64,000 bases of DNA, taken from the NCBI GenBank assembly GCA_000934665.2, contig JYFJ02001098.1:1-64000 (forward strand), written 5' to 3'. Every line of letters begins with the position of its first letter. Position 1 is the first letter of the stretch. Source of the DNA: Catajapyx aquilonaris. Taxonomy: Eukaryota. The notes beneath the pieces are model-generated. The model ran no database searches and was not told where the DNA came from. It saw nothing but the letters and a program-made list of their open reading frames with translations. Made by a program: the position numbers and the translations under genes. Below are positions 26,991 through 40,486 of this stretch, piece after piece.

Positions 26991-28134
26991 ATGCTGGGCC
27001 TAGGACCCAGACTAGCCCCTTGCGACACCAAATTGGGGACACTAGTCATCGGCTACTTTTCACTGGTAAGCTACAGTCAAAAGTGGTTTCAAACACCTGT
27101 TTTGATCCATCCTCCTTGATCTTATATAGATCCAGGCGTTGATCTGCACTGGGGTCATCCTCCTGGGATTCGCACTGCTGATTTACTACGCAGTACAGGA
27201 CAATGCCAACGGGGTCATAAGCAGCAACCAGCGTGGGTTGAGTCGTCTCGAAGGTTTGGAAGAGATTGATGCATTGCGGAGGTTGCTAATGGCCTGCGTT
27301 TTTTTTTTCTTCCTCCATTTTTGTAGTGTGGTACACCGTAGTGGAGCTGCTGACATGTCTGCTCATCAACTTCGTGCATATTGCGGTGTCTGTGCTGCTG
27401 CTCAGGGGTGTTCGTAAGGTCAGTGTGTGTGACCTAGGGGTTGTGGTCGCCATTTTAGGTCCGGCGGATTTAGTTCAAAACTGTACCAGTTGACGCTCAA
27501 TACACTAGTTAATTGCCATCACGCACTAGTCAAAAATAATTGCAACCTTTAGCTCTTGGTATATAGGCTATTCTGCGGAAGTAACTGACCATGGGCGTCA
27601 TTCATGGGCGTAACAGTTAGATATTTCACCTCAAGTTGCGTGCAAATGCCATCACACCTGATGGACTGATAAGCACGGCTTGATGACACCATTACAGAAT
27701 TTATGACCCTTTGCTACTTGCTTGGGTTGTTAACATAAGTGTTGGTGTCCAATTCACAGGAGAAGCGAGGTCTGCTGCTCCCATGGCTGGTTGCGACAGT
27801 GGCGGCCATTCTGGTGTTCGTGACAGGCCTGACCATCTGCCATGTGCACGGCTACTACCATCCTGTGCTTCTGGGCGTCTTTGGCGTCCTGAGCGCCCTA
27901 GACACCTCCTTCGTGGTGGTGGTCCTTTGCCACTTCAAGAACCTGGGTCGCAGACACACTTCCTGGGACTACGAGGACCTAAAGGTCCTTCGAAGCTGCG
28001 AGGAGGCGCCGGATGAGCTTCCAGAGCCAGCAGCCACCACCGGTGCCAACAAGAAACGCTCGGCAGCAGCACCAAGACCACCAGCAACTATTGCCAACAA
28101 CTCGCGACCTCCTCCTCCAAGCATGGTGGCTTGA
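26991..28134 (+). CDS. T4: four-TM family protein, 221 aa, Pro/Ala-rich C-tail
   Basis: Exons 26991-27065, 27130-27253, 27327-27418 (92 nt), 27760-28134 (EKRGLLLPW). Confidence 0.85.
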
Positions 28135-30689
28135 GAGTAGCAGCACTTGTCCACTCAGGAGGTGGCCCGTTCTGAAGACATCCCGCCCACAGAAGTCCAA
28201 CAATAATATTATTGTCCAGGGAGTTGGCAAAGCATCGAGGATATTATTACATTAGATGTGTATTGCAGCTGTACAACTTGGGTACTGACATGGAGACATT
28301 TTTTGGGGGGTTCATACAACAACACTGTCTAACAAAAGATAAGTTTACTGCCAGTGTGCAGTAGTTTGTCTGATTATAATGAACATATGGACGTCGTCAT
28401 GACCCAAGTTGACCGCTGACTGTAGGTATAGTGTCACTTGATAGCCGAAAATGCCCCCAGATTTTCCGCACTCGGTTTAAATGGAATTAAATCGGGGGCA
28501 TGACCGTTAGGAGACCTCAAGTGTCTTACTTTGTGTTTTTTTTGTGTGTGTGGAAGAGGTTTAGACCTAATAATTCAGACCATTATTACACTCGCCATTG
28601 TAACAAGCACAACAAATGCGGCAAAGAGCCAAATATCTCCCCAGGTTTTGCGGCGGCTCTTTGGCTTATGCATAAATATCACTACACACTTCAACACTAT
28701 ACAAGTTACTATTGTCCTGTCCATTATTATTATTCATTCCTATGATGGAATTACGCAGGGCTGTACGCTGAGTTGACACTTCTGAACAATGCAGTGATGT
28801 TAACACCTGATGGATTAGTCACTCCATAAATTGCTCATGCGCACTCCGTATTGGGAATGCGCTTGCGCGAGGTGGAGAAAGTACACTATGCACAGTACTG
28901 TAGAAACGGATTAGTGGCCTAAACCACACGAACGTTAAGTACGAATTTATCTGTAAGTTATCACAACATTTTACCACATAATATACTGTATATCGATTAT
29001 TGCATATAGGTTACACGTAATTATTAAAAACACACGTATACTATTATAACTCTCTTCAGACCTTCACTTTACATAAAATATTCACTGCTATTTTGCCGTA
29101 GTTGCAAAGTAATAAGTGAGTAAATCACACACGATATACACACTCCTTAAAACATCATTATTATAATTGCACTCGTTCATATGCATTTAATAATATCTTC
29201 GATGCAAGTACGACGACCTTTATTTTAATTTTTTTTTCGAGCCTGTAAAGGCGTGTCTTTAAACAACAACAAAAAATATGAGGGGGGATATACGTAGACG
29301 TTGCGTAGAATCTTTCAAAATCAATCTCGTCGATGACTTTAAAAAAAATACCTAGTAAGTGCATATGAAAGTATGTTCCTATATATGCAAAAAAAATAAT
29401 GTCAACAATACTCTCCGCTCTGTTGTTTCCCTCCGATTGTTACACGACAGGGAGCTGTCCGTTAAAACATTTTACTGGCATATGAAGAGATACAAAAGTT
29501 GCGGACGGAACGCAGTACACTGGTAGTTCCAAACATTTTTTGCGATTTTCCAAATAATTACATGTCCACGTATAGAAAACCTTAGCATAAAAAAATCAAA
29601 GCAGTGTAACCCAGTTTTACGCTTCTATTGTTACAAAAAATAATAATACTGTCCAAGTTTTCTCTTTTTCCCCAATTGTCCAGAGCGTGCTGACTGAATT
29701 ACGGGTTCTAGGGCCATCGCGAGGCATAAAATGATGTCACGTGCCGTCACGCAAAAAAACCTAACCGCCATGTGATGAAGCACGAACCGAGCGAGGAGAA
29801 TACAGTCCATAAGATTTTAATGTGATAGCCATATAGGTTGGCCATGCTTTGAACTTTGATCGGGGTTTTTTAAAAACAATAAAGAGAGAGTAAGGGTAGG
29901 GGGGAGGGGGGGGGGATGTTTTGCGTCTTTAGCAATAAGACACTGTTGAGTTACCTTTTTCTGGTTACTGGTCGTTTGGCTCAAATTGAATGAAGAAATT
30001 TTGTTGCAATAATTCATTGTTGACGATGTTATTATCTATGTACTTGGTGCCAAATAAACCAGCATGGTAAATACCTGTATGATGAGTGTTTATTTGTGAT
30101 TGGTTTCTCATTATTATCCAAACCAGGCTATTTTCTTCTGGTCGCACACTTTTAAAAAAACAGGCATTTAAAATTTAATTAGTAATTTCAATGCCAAGGT
30201 GACCTTGCCCAATTGGAGATGGACCCGACGATGTTCCATATATTGGAAATAACTATTTGGGTTGATGCCTGTAACTAAAAATTAGCGCACTTTTGACAGC
30301 ATGAGATAGCCTGATAATGACCTACTCATTATGCAAATGCTATATTTCAGGTAAGAGGACCTTTAGTATAGGCCAACGTATGATATTTTATTGTCCTGAA
30401 TCAATGGTATTCATGGCCATAGTTTTAAATCCGTTCCTCCTCCTCCGCAATACCCTTAAAATACTACGTGACATTTGGAGCAGTCAGGTGATTTGAATCA
30501 GGTCGACCTGCATGACGTCATATATTTTCCGGAATGGTTCCGACCGTGGCTGCAGGGTGTCGTGTCGGTTGGTGGGGAGCTACACACCAATCGATGCAGG
30601 CGACGAAGGGGGAAAAGGCAGTCTATAGACTCTACGTTGTAGGAACAGTCTAGTGTCGATAGGCTGTTGAAGAAAAAAAAAAGGCAGTT

Positions 30690-31541
30690 ATGACAGCCAT
30701 AGGACGAAAGAGGCATTGGGTTTGCAGCAGTCGGTTGGGATCACTGGCCATCGGATACTTCTCGTTGGTAAGTGAACAATCAGGATGAACAGGTGTACAA
30801 GGATATTGTGATTTTGTTTGTTTGTTGGCAGTGCCAGGCTGTGGTTGGCATCGGGGTCATACTCTTGGGCTTCTCGTTGTTCATGTACGACCGTATACAC
30901 GACAAGAGGGGGACTTCTGACGTCTCTGACTGTGAGTTTTGACCTTTTGGATACATCAAGCCCAACTGAATCAATATTAAAACACCTTATTGAATTGTAT
31001 ACAAAAATTCCCCACAAAAAGGCTGATGTTTCTATTACAGTTACCTCATGACTAAACAATTGACTTGTTTTCAGTGATGCTGAGTGTACTGGTGGTATCG
31101 CTGCTTATCAACGTCATACACATTGTGGTCTCAAACCTTTTGCTTCGTGGCATCAGGAAGGTAGGCGATTCTTGCATTCTTCTTACCGGCAATCCGCATA
31201 AGACTTTCTCTAATATTGCCATTACTGTTGATGGAGCAATATGCAACAAGTACTCTGTGTAATTTCAGGGCAAACCGGGTCTGCTGGTACCTTGGATGCT
31301 GGCAACAGGCGTGGCAGTGGTGATGTTGTCAATGGGCCTCCTGATGTGTCATTTCCACGAGTTCTACCACCCTGTGTTGCTCGGGGTGTTGGCAGCCTTG
31401 GCCGTTTTGGACTCCGGCTGCGTCGCGGTGGTGGCGTCGCATTACCGTCATCTTGGGCGTCGCTCCATCGGGTACTCTTCAGGGGCCACCACCAGCCTCT
31501 GGAACAGCGATCCGGACTGTGGTTCCTCCAGGTCCATCTGA
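30690..31541 (+). CDS. T5: four-TM family protein, 178 aa, closest to T4
   Basis: Exons 30690-30767, 30832-30931, 31075-31160 (86 nt), 31269-31541. It shares IGYFSL, LLINxxHI and YHPVLLGV with T4. Confidence 0.9.
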
Positions 31542-34273
31542 GCCTTGTTGTTCTTCCATCTGCGCTCAGGTGGTACTACCATCAATAAGGGTACTTTTTT
31601 CCGGTTATGACCAACTCGCGGAGACATCGTTGCATTTAAACAAACACATCAACCAGCTGCCGCGACCGTATCACACACATTTTTACATTATAAGGCGGAA
31701 CACAATTTTTCTATATACGCCGACTTTGGTCGAGTATAAAAGAGAATCCAGGAGGAATAAATATATTGATCTTCCCGTAAATTGACAGATGAAATATTGT
31801 GTAGAGGGGGCCAATTTTTCGTAAAACTTTCCCAAGGGAATGTGAAGCAGGCAAGGAATTTTGGCTGAGTGGCTCCGAAATTGATTTCGTTGCAAAGAGT
31901 TGTGTGTCTGCAGTGTGCAAATGGGTGATTTTTGCACGTGGCCTACGCATAATTATATTGCTTTGATTACGCGTGCCTAATTAGATATAGGCAGAGTCTT
32001 TAGGTGGCTATGCTACGCTCTGAAGTACGGTAATTTGCATCAAAGTAATACTCGATATATGACATCATTCTAATTCGTTTCTTCTGAAACCATATATGTT
32101 ATTTAGCATTGCTTTTCCAAGTCAACGGGGAAAATCGAATTAACATTGTTATTTCGTAATTATTTATTTCAAACTATTTTTTTTGTTTACGTAATGTTAT
32201 TTAGATTAGCTCAAAATTTGTGGTTAGGTGCAAATAATTTGTGGAAATACCTACTTGTTTGATTGTAGTAACAAAATTTTCTCATGTTCAACAAACACTA
32301 GTAGTTTTACTATAACACAACTAAGTTTTCGAGTAATTTTAGGAACGAAATGAGTAAGCCCAAGATTGGTTACTCCTTTACTGACAGTTTAAATCAACTG
32401 CAATCTATTAGTGAAAAATCGCTGACATATAGGACCATCATGATTTAACATGGAAACGTGAGTCCATGATTTAAATTGAAGCAGAAATCACTCAAAATAT
32501 TTTAGAGCGTGAGATTAGATTAGCAGGCAAATATCCGAAGTAAAGGTTTTGCAGAAGCAAAACCAAAATGCTGGTAAGTCATATCATACAACGCAATGTA
32601 GTCTGACTGGATGCAACTGTGAGATTCAACTGACCATTAATTTAAAACTGCTGCTAATGAAACGCTGTAAGATTTCTTTCCCAACGAGAAAACACTTTTC
32701 CATTGCAAAGTACAAAAGTTCTGGATTCAATCTTCTCACCACAACATTATCATCTTCTCTTCACCAGAATGCTAATTATTTTACGTCACATTATTATAAA
32801 TATCACTCTGGCTGTGCGTACAAGGAGTAGTCTGCTTGAGACGAACTGTACCGACTCTTATTACGAATGTAACATGTGTGTAACTATTATGTACATAGCA
32901 TTATCTGTGATGTCTGTTAAACCGTGACCTGCTTTTTTGTCTTCTGGAGATTCATGTGTCGTTTTTGTGCACGTTGTTGTCATTAATGTACATGCGCGTA
33001 CTTGTGGCTGTTACACAAAAAATATGTTCTCGTTTTAGAATAATTTAGAAGAGGGAATGATTTCGTGTCGTTATAATATAATGTAACATTGCATCGACAA
33101 AAGCATATTTGTTTCGATGATAATTTTCTGACAATCTTAAGCTACTTCGTGTTCATTATCGAAAAAAACATTGCGTATAACCAAAATGTGCAGGAAAGTA
33201 ATGAAGGAGACTGAGTTTATAATGTCAACACGTTCGAAATAAATTAATTTTTGCACTTGCAGTAATTTAAGAGGTGTTTTCTATTATATCCTTACCACAC
33301 TTCAGTTTGAAAAAAAAATCAACATCGACAAGTCTATACATTTGTGGATCCAAGTTGACACTAAATAATTTGAATACTAAAGATTTTGAAACAAAATGCC
33401 TGCTGAATAAAACCTGACACTATAACATGATGGTTTCAGTAAATTCAATAAAATCGCAATTTGTATTATCTTTCGCTAATGCAACATGATACGCAATGCG
33501 ATGCAGCGCGTCATGAAAATAATATTGCGTCAACAAATGTACATTTCTTTTGACGAATATTTATGACAATATGTATACATGCAGTATCGTGTTTATTACC
33601 AAACAATATTATAACTGCACTCAGCAGACTGGGCTGATAATGCTAACTACTTTTGAAATAAATTACTTTTATACTTGCAGTAACTTAAGAAAATGTTCTG
33701 AATACAGTGTTTTCGGAAACAATCATAACTATATACATTTCAGAATAAACAACTAATAATTTTGTAATATTAACACACACACGCACTTTACATGTCAAGC
33801 CTGTAAAACATGGGAATGGCCTTATTTTAACATTCAACCTGGAGTTGAACGACTTTCTCTATCTGCGCATTAGATTTAATACAAAGGTGTCTGACATGCG
33901 TCGGCGCTAGTGACGCAGGCGTCATAGACGTGGGAGGACGTCGCGTCGTGGAGACGGATCTTCCTACATATAGTTCTCAACATCAAAACTGGAATCTGGT
34001 GAGTGAATTTGTCTCTAGATTTCAAACCCCAGCAGATTGTTGGCCTGGAGCCAGCATCAGCTGGATAATAAACCGCATTTTGTGTCGAATCTACGGAGAA
34101 TCATCAGACAAGATTTGCGCATACTGACATATTGTAAATGCGTAAATTACGTAACTATATATGTAATACAGTGTCATATATAGGTCATGCACTTTTGGTG
34201 GTGATTTCGCGTGTCGAGTGTTTTGTATTACGCACTTACTCGAACTCTTACAGGTCATTCACCATATGCAGAG

Positions 34274-35003
34274 ATGGCCATCGTCCTTCAAAAATGCTGC
34301 TTTTGCGTCGACATCAAGAGCGGCACACTCGTCTTTGAAATACTAAATCTGGTGAATATGACGAGCTCCAAAAGGAAACTTGGTTGAATTCTTAACATAC
34401 TTTATAATTATCTCATATATCATGTGCAGGTGGGCTGCTTTTTGACAGCTGCTTGTTGCGTATTAGAAATAGCCAACTGGAAAGGCGAGAAGTCCTTTTG
34501 CATACGCATAATTGAGGCTCCTGATGAGGAGTTGGAGTTGGGGGGAAATGGTAGAGTATAATTTTATCTTTTATAGGTACAAGATGATTAATTGCTTAAG
34601 CCGTAGATAATCGCATTTACTCAATCGCAGGAACGTTGTACGTATGTGTGATCACAATTGTGTTGGTGGTGCTGAGCTCTGCAGGGAGTGCAGCGATTAT
34701 TATAGGGATTAAAAACGTACGTATGTACCTCACATCCTAGCAGGACATATTTTGCGTAACAATTTGTAATATTGCTTTGATTCGCAGAAAATGCCAAAGC
34801 TCTTAATCCCTCCCATGATTCTGAGACTGGTGTTTTTCGCCCTAATTGTAATCAGCGCTACTTACGCTGCTTCATCATCTCCGGAAGTCATCGTGGAATG
34901 GATCCTAATTACCGCATTCAATTTGTATGTTTTGGTTGTCCTGTACTCGTGCTACCGCGTCCTGTTGGAGGATCAACATGAGAATTTGCCAATCAAGTGT
35001 TAA
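34274..35003 (+). CDS. T6: four-TM family protein, 166 aa
   Basis: Exons 34274-34351 (MAIVLQKCCFCVDIKSG), 34430-34550, 34631-34716 (86 nt), 34788-35003. Confidence 0.92.
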
Positions 35004-35617
35004 GTGACGGGATGAGCAGAAATCTCGCCATTTTTTTGTTGGGTGTTAAGTGTTGCTTATGGTGCCAATCATATCACATTGACAAGATTGTCGTTAAACC
35101 CGTTATTACGACATTGTTCTGACATGTTGCAGCTTTTGGAGGAGAAGCGATTAATATTTTATCCACAGCGATCACTTTAACTACTCCTATTGCATGTGAC
35201 ATGTTCAGCGTCTAATCCTTTTTGAATTCGCAATTCATTGTTGTACAATATTTGAATAACTTCTCTTCCATAGATATTAAATACTTTTGAAGAAGAATCG
35301 TATAGAGCAAGACGAGAAGATATATGAAATAAAATAAAATAACTAAAATGTGCAAGCAGACTGATCTTATAATATCAACATTTTTGAAATAAATTACATA
35401 CAGTAGGCCTATAGTTTTGCACTTTCAATTTGCTCCATTAATAATTACAAACCCATTTCAGCAAAAAGTATGAATAATTTCGAAATATTAACACATAGAT
35501 TAGTCTAATAATTATATGCCTTGTTTACATGCCGAGCCAGTAAAACGTGGGAATCACACACTATACCGGTCACAATGTGATTCAACAACTTTATCAATCT
35601 GTGAAAAGGATCGATAT

Positions 35618-35919
35618 TTTTTACTATTATATTTTATTTACCCCACTGAGAATATATCGCTCTTTTAGGGGGGTGGAACACCACCATATTTTTAATTTTT
35701 CGTTTTTCTAGTTTTTTTTCCTACTCCGAGCAGGGAAGAAAGGACAGTCATGGGGACATGGGTGGGAATTTTTGGGGAGGTGACATGGGTGCGCAGTTTC
35801 CCTGGAGGTTAGGTTGCCTCCAGCTGCTCCAAGACGCGGGTCAGAGACCCTCTTGACGCAGACAAAAGGGAACTCCCGGATGGAGTTCGAACCCGGGACC
35901 TTTCGCACAGCCTCACACA
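35618..35919 (-). mobile_element. tRNA-derived SINE-like retroposon, 302 bp, with 14-bp target-site duplication
   Basis: TSD aaaaggatcgatat at 35604-35617 and 35920-35933. Pol III B-box GGTTCGAACTCC on the minus strand (35893-35882) and an A-rich tail at the 35618 end. The paralogous site near 40103 is empty, with a single copy of the target. Confidence 0.85.
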
Positions 35920-36284
35920 AAAAGGATCGATATATTGCAGCATCCGAAAGGCGTCATATCATCATTGATACTGAAACACCTGTTAGAGAAGGACCTTCAG
36001 CATCATAACTGAAATCTGGTGAGTGAATTTGCCTCCATGTTTTGAATCCAGTACATATATATCTGGCCTGGAGACAGAATCAGCTGGCTAATAAACGACA
36101 ACTTGAATTATTATCAGACAAGCTCTGCAAAACACTCTGCACATGCACATCATAATTACGCAGCTATGTACTGTGCCTCTGTGTTTTACGCATTTTTATG
36201 CTTCCGTGTTATATCAAAGAATGGAGTGCGCGTTGTCCTAACAAATACTTTTGTAGATCATTGCATTCGGCTCCACATTCAGAG

Positions 36285-37466
36285 ATGGCCATCGTCGTGA
36301 AAAAATGCTGCTTTTGCGTCGACATCAAGAGCGGAGCAATTGTGTTTGAACTGTTGAACCTGGTGAATATAACAAGTTCAGAAACGAAACTCGGCTGAAC
36401 TAACATGCTTGATCCCTTCTATCATATGTAGCTGGGCTACTTCTTGACAACGGTTTGTGTTATACTACTAGAAATGGCCAGTTGGAGTACGTCCTTTTGC
36501 TCAGGCATAATGCAGGGATCTGTGGACTTGCGGAAGTATGGTAAGCCTACCGTAAAATTATATATTTTACATTATTATGGTGTTGAATTGCTTAAGCCCA
36601 GGATCAAAATAATAATAAGAATTAAAAAGTGAAAAAGTTATTACGACGAGTTTAAAAGAAACGCGACAATTGAAGCAAGTGCTTGTGGCATTGTGTTCCT
36701 GGAACATCCTCAATCCATATCATTTCTATACTGGGGATCGGACAGTATACAGAATGTCGAACTTTTAATTACTCATGTTCAAATTACTCAAATTGATATA
36801 AACACAATTTAAAATATCCTTAACACTAATGGTCCTGAAGTAACCACTACTTAAATTAACTCAACATTTGAAAAATTACATTTCATCTTAATTGAACTTT
36901 GAACTTTGAATTTTGAACTTTGAACTTTGAAATTATGCTGGACATATCAAATCGGAAGACATGAAATTTAACCACTCCCAAAGTTGCGCGAAATGAATAT
37001 TTTCCACTCTCAGTTTGAGTTGGTCTAATTGATATATTCATATCCTATTAATAAATGGATGATAATTATTTCGTGTGGTATTTTCTCAGGTAAACTCTAC
37101 TTTTTACTGGTGACAGCGGTGATGGTAGTGGCGGGCTCTTCAGTGAGCGCAACGATCATTTATGGGATTCAAAATGTACGTATATGTAGCAATACATTCC
37201 AACAAAACATCCATTTGCATTAACAATATTTTATTTGCTCTTATTTGCAGAAAAAAGCGAAGTTCTTAATGATTCCCATGATTCTGAAGCTGGTGTTTTT
37301 GGCACTGATGATATTCAGCCCTTTTTTCTATGATTCACTATCTGTGGAATTCATCTTTCAATGGATCATATCAAGCGCATTCAATTTGTATGTTTTGGTA
37401 GTCCTCTACTCGTGCTACCGCGCGATGTTAGAGGAGCAACATAATAGTTTGGCAGTTAAGTTTTAA
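36285..37466 (+). CDS. T7: four-TM family protein, 162 aa
   Basis: Exons 36285-36362, 36432-36540, 37090-37175 (86 nt), 37251-37466. Confidence 0.92.
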
Positions 37467-39039
37467 CCGAAAGGATGAGCAAAAATTCTGCCATTTTGTC
37501 GGAAAGATGTAATATTTACCTTCTTGCTGGGTGTTTTGTGTGCTGGCTTATGATGTAGCTACATTTTTTCAGATTGCCCTTAAAACCAGCTCTTGGTGTA
37601 GATCTACATTGATTGTTCTCATATGTCGCAGCTATACCATGCCTTTGGATAGAAGTCATTTAATATTATTCCTAGTAGTGCTAGAGGTACGCCAAAATGC
37701 GGCAAATCGTGATAAAAGCAAGCCACTTTGCAGAATTGTAGTTTATACCAAAATATGCGATTTTGCCTGTGGCGCCATGTTTTTCGTCCATTAGGACCCA
37801 AGGTGGCGGTCGGTTTTCCAAAAAAAAAACTAGCCTTAAGTTGAAAGAAGAACGACACAGCCGGAACTACCACATCCGTGTCAGGACAAGTACAAGTATA
37901 GGTTTACAACCATTGTTGGCCATGTCATTGACATGAACAATGATTCGCCCATCAGATTCTTCTCTGCCTCCGTAAGAAATGCCTTCCATACTAGTACTGC
38001 AACCGGGATTGCATTGAACGACATCACTGACAATAAAACCATCCTGATTTAACATGGAAACGCGAGGGCATGATTCAAATTGAAGCAAAAATCACTCAAA
38101 ATATTTTAGAGCGCGAGATTAGATTAGCAGGCAAATACCCGAGGTAAATATCATATACAACGCAATAGGACTGGATGAAACTGGCCATTAATTTTAAAAC
38201 TGCTGCTAATGAAACGCTGTAAGATATCTTTCCCAACGAGAAAACACTTTTCCATTGCAAAGTACAAAAGTTCTGGATTCAATCTTCTCACCACGACATT
38301 ATCATCTTCTCTTCACCAGAATGCTAATTATTTTACGTCACATTATTATAAATATCACTCTGGCTGTGCGTACAAGGAGTAGTCTGCTGGAAACGAACGG
38401 TACCGACTCTTATTACGAATGTAACATGTGTGTAACTATTATGTACAGTACATAGCATTATCTGTGATGTCTGTTAAACCGTGACCTGTTTTTTTTGTCT
38501 TCTGGAGATTCATGTGTCGTTTTTGTGCACGTTGTTGTCACTATAATGCACATGCGGGTATTTGTGACTTAGAAAAAGAAATCTTCTCGTTTTAGAGTAA
38601 TTTAGAAGCGAGAATGATTTCGTGTCGTTATTTAAGACGTCGTTATGTAACATGACATCGACAAGCTCATATTTGTTTGGATGATAATTATCTGACAATC
38701 TTAAGCTATACTTCGTGTTCATTATCGAAAAAAAACATTGCGTATAACCAAAATGTGCAGGAATGTAATGAAGGAGACTGAGTTTATAATGTCAACACGT
38801 TCGAAATAAATTAATTTTTGCACTTGCAGTAATTTAATAGGTGTTTTCTATTATATCCTTACCACACTTCAGTTTGCAATAAAACTGAATGATTTTTTCA
38901 ATATCGACAGGTCTATATACATTTGTGGATACAAGTGGACACTAAATAATTTTAATAATAAAGGCAAGGGGATAACCACTTCCGTATACTCCAGTGTACA
39001 CCTGTAGTGATGGTACTCCCAGGTACTCCCAAATCTTTC

Positions 39040-39303
39040 TGAATATAACAAGTTCCAAAAGGAAACTTGGTTGAATAAACGTACTTTATAATTATCTCAT
39101 ATCATGCAGGTGTGCTAAAGTGATGCATATGGTGCCAGTCACAGATTTACAAGATTGTCGTTAAACCCGTCATTACGACATTGTTCTAACATGTTGCAGC
39201 TTTTGGGGGAGAAGTATTAATATTTAATCCAGAGATCACTTTAACTATACTTCTATTACATGTGACATGTTCAGCGTCTAATCCTTGTTGAATTCGCAAT
39301 TCA
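39040..39303 (+). pseudogene. Remnant of a T6 duplicate: intron 1 fused directly to the 3'UTR, coding exons deleted
   Basis: 39040-39112 matches T6 intron 1 and its acceptor (34353-34432). 39109-39303 matches the T6 3'UTR (from 35042). Confidence 0.8.
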
Positions 39304-40486
39304 TCGCAAATCTCTCTTCCATGCAACATGGAGCATGAAAACGGGCCACGTCGTATTACACAAAACTATTGAAGTAATATGTTGTAATATGTTGTAACTT
39401 TTGTGAAGTAAATATGACCGAAATAAACGTCAATCCTCATACCTGGTGTATCTCTAGTCCTGCCAGTCGTTGAGTTCACAGAGTTACAGTTCTATTTCAA
39501 GTCTACAGATAGCAGTTACAGCTATATATCACAGGGCAATCCCCCTCTGTTTTTTTTGCAACTCACTTAACTGCAGAAAAAGGGGTGGGGACAAACAGGG
39601 AGCGTAAACAATTGGCAAACTTCAGTGAATGGCTCCAAGGAAGAGCCCATCACAGGATGCCTTATACACAGTACTATAGGCTAACCTGTAGAATGAATAA
39701 TAATAATTTTTAAAAATCCACACTTGCTTCCCATTACAGTGAGTCACTTTTGTACTGTGTAATAATCGGGTGACAACAGGCAAATGATTGGGCAGGATAT
39801 CCTAATTCCCACGACGAAGAATCGCAGAGAAAGATGTAAAGAAATATAATATCAAATAATATAACAATAATGTGCAAGTATCGACTGATCTTATAATGTC
39901 AACACTTTTGATATAAATTACAGTAGGCCGACTTTTGCACTAACTTGCTTTGCTCCCTCAATTACAAACCAATTTCAGCAAAAATTACGAATAATTTTGA
40001 AATGCTAACACTGGCTAATTATATTTACATGCAGAGCCAGTAAAATGTTAGAATGACATACTAACATTCAAAATGTGGTTCAACAAACTTTAGCAATCTG
40101 TGAAAAGGATCGATATATAGCAGCGTCTGACTGGCGTCAGTGACTCAAGCTTCATAGATCGGAATGACTTGGTGGAGAAGGATCTTCAGCATCAGAACTG
40201 GAATCTGGTGAGTTAATTTGCCTCCAGGTTTTAAATCCAGTACATATTTCTACGGCCTGGAGACAACATCAGCTGGATAATAAACCACAATTTGTATTAT
40301 TATCAGAGAAGCTCTGCAAAACAGTCTGAACATTCGCATCATAATCTAATACGCAGCTGTATGTACTGCGCCTCTGTGTTCTATACGCATTTTGATAATA
40401 TGCTTCCGTGTTGTATCACAGAATGGAGTGCGCGTTGTCCTAACAAAAACTTTTGCAGGTCATTGCATTCGGCTCCACATTCAGAG

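Larger units (their letters stand above)
32420..37670 (+). repeat. Segmental duplication copy 1 (contains T6 and T7)
   Basis: Non-coding sequence 32435-33380 is near-identical to 38038-38960, 35290-37670 matches 39816-41860, and spurious ORFs recur in both copies (e.g. MQSTKVLDSIFSP.. at 32703 and 38255). Confidence 0.9.

Noticed and set aside
12691..30521. Scattered CACGTGAC/TGACGTCA (CLEAR/CRE-like) motifs as shared regulation of the array
   Set aside because: These short motifs are not at consistent positions relative to the genes, and enrichment cannot be shown by eye.
35860..35919. tRNA gene suggested by GGTTCGAACTCC
   Set aside because: No A-box or cloverleaf is visible, and it is flanked by a TSD with an A-rich tail, so it is a SINE head.
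32549..38455. Duplicated ORFs MQSTKVLDSIFSP.. (32703, 38255) as a gene pair
   Set aside because: They have non-ATG starts and AT-rich composition, and their similarity is explained by the segmental duplication of non-coding DNA.
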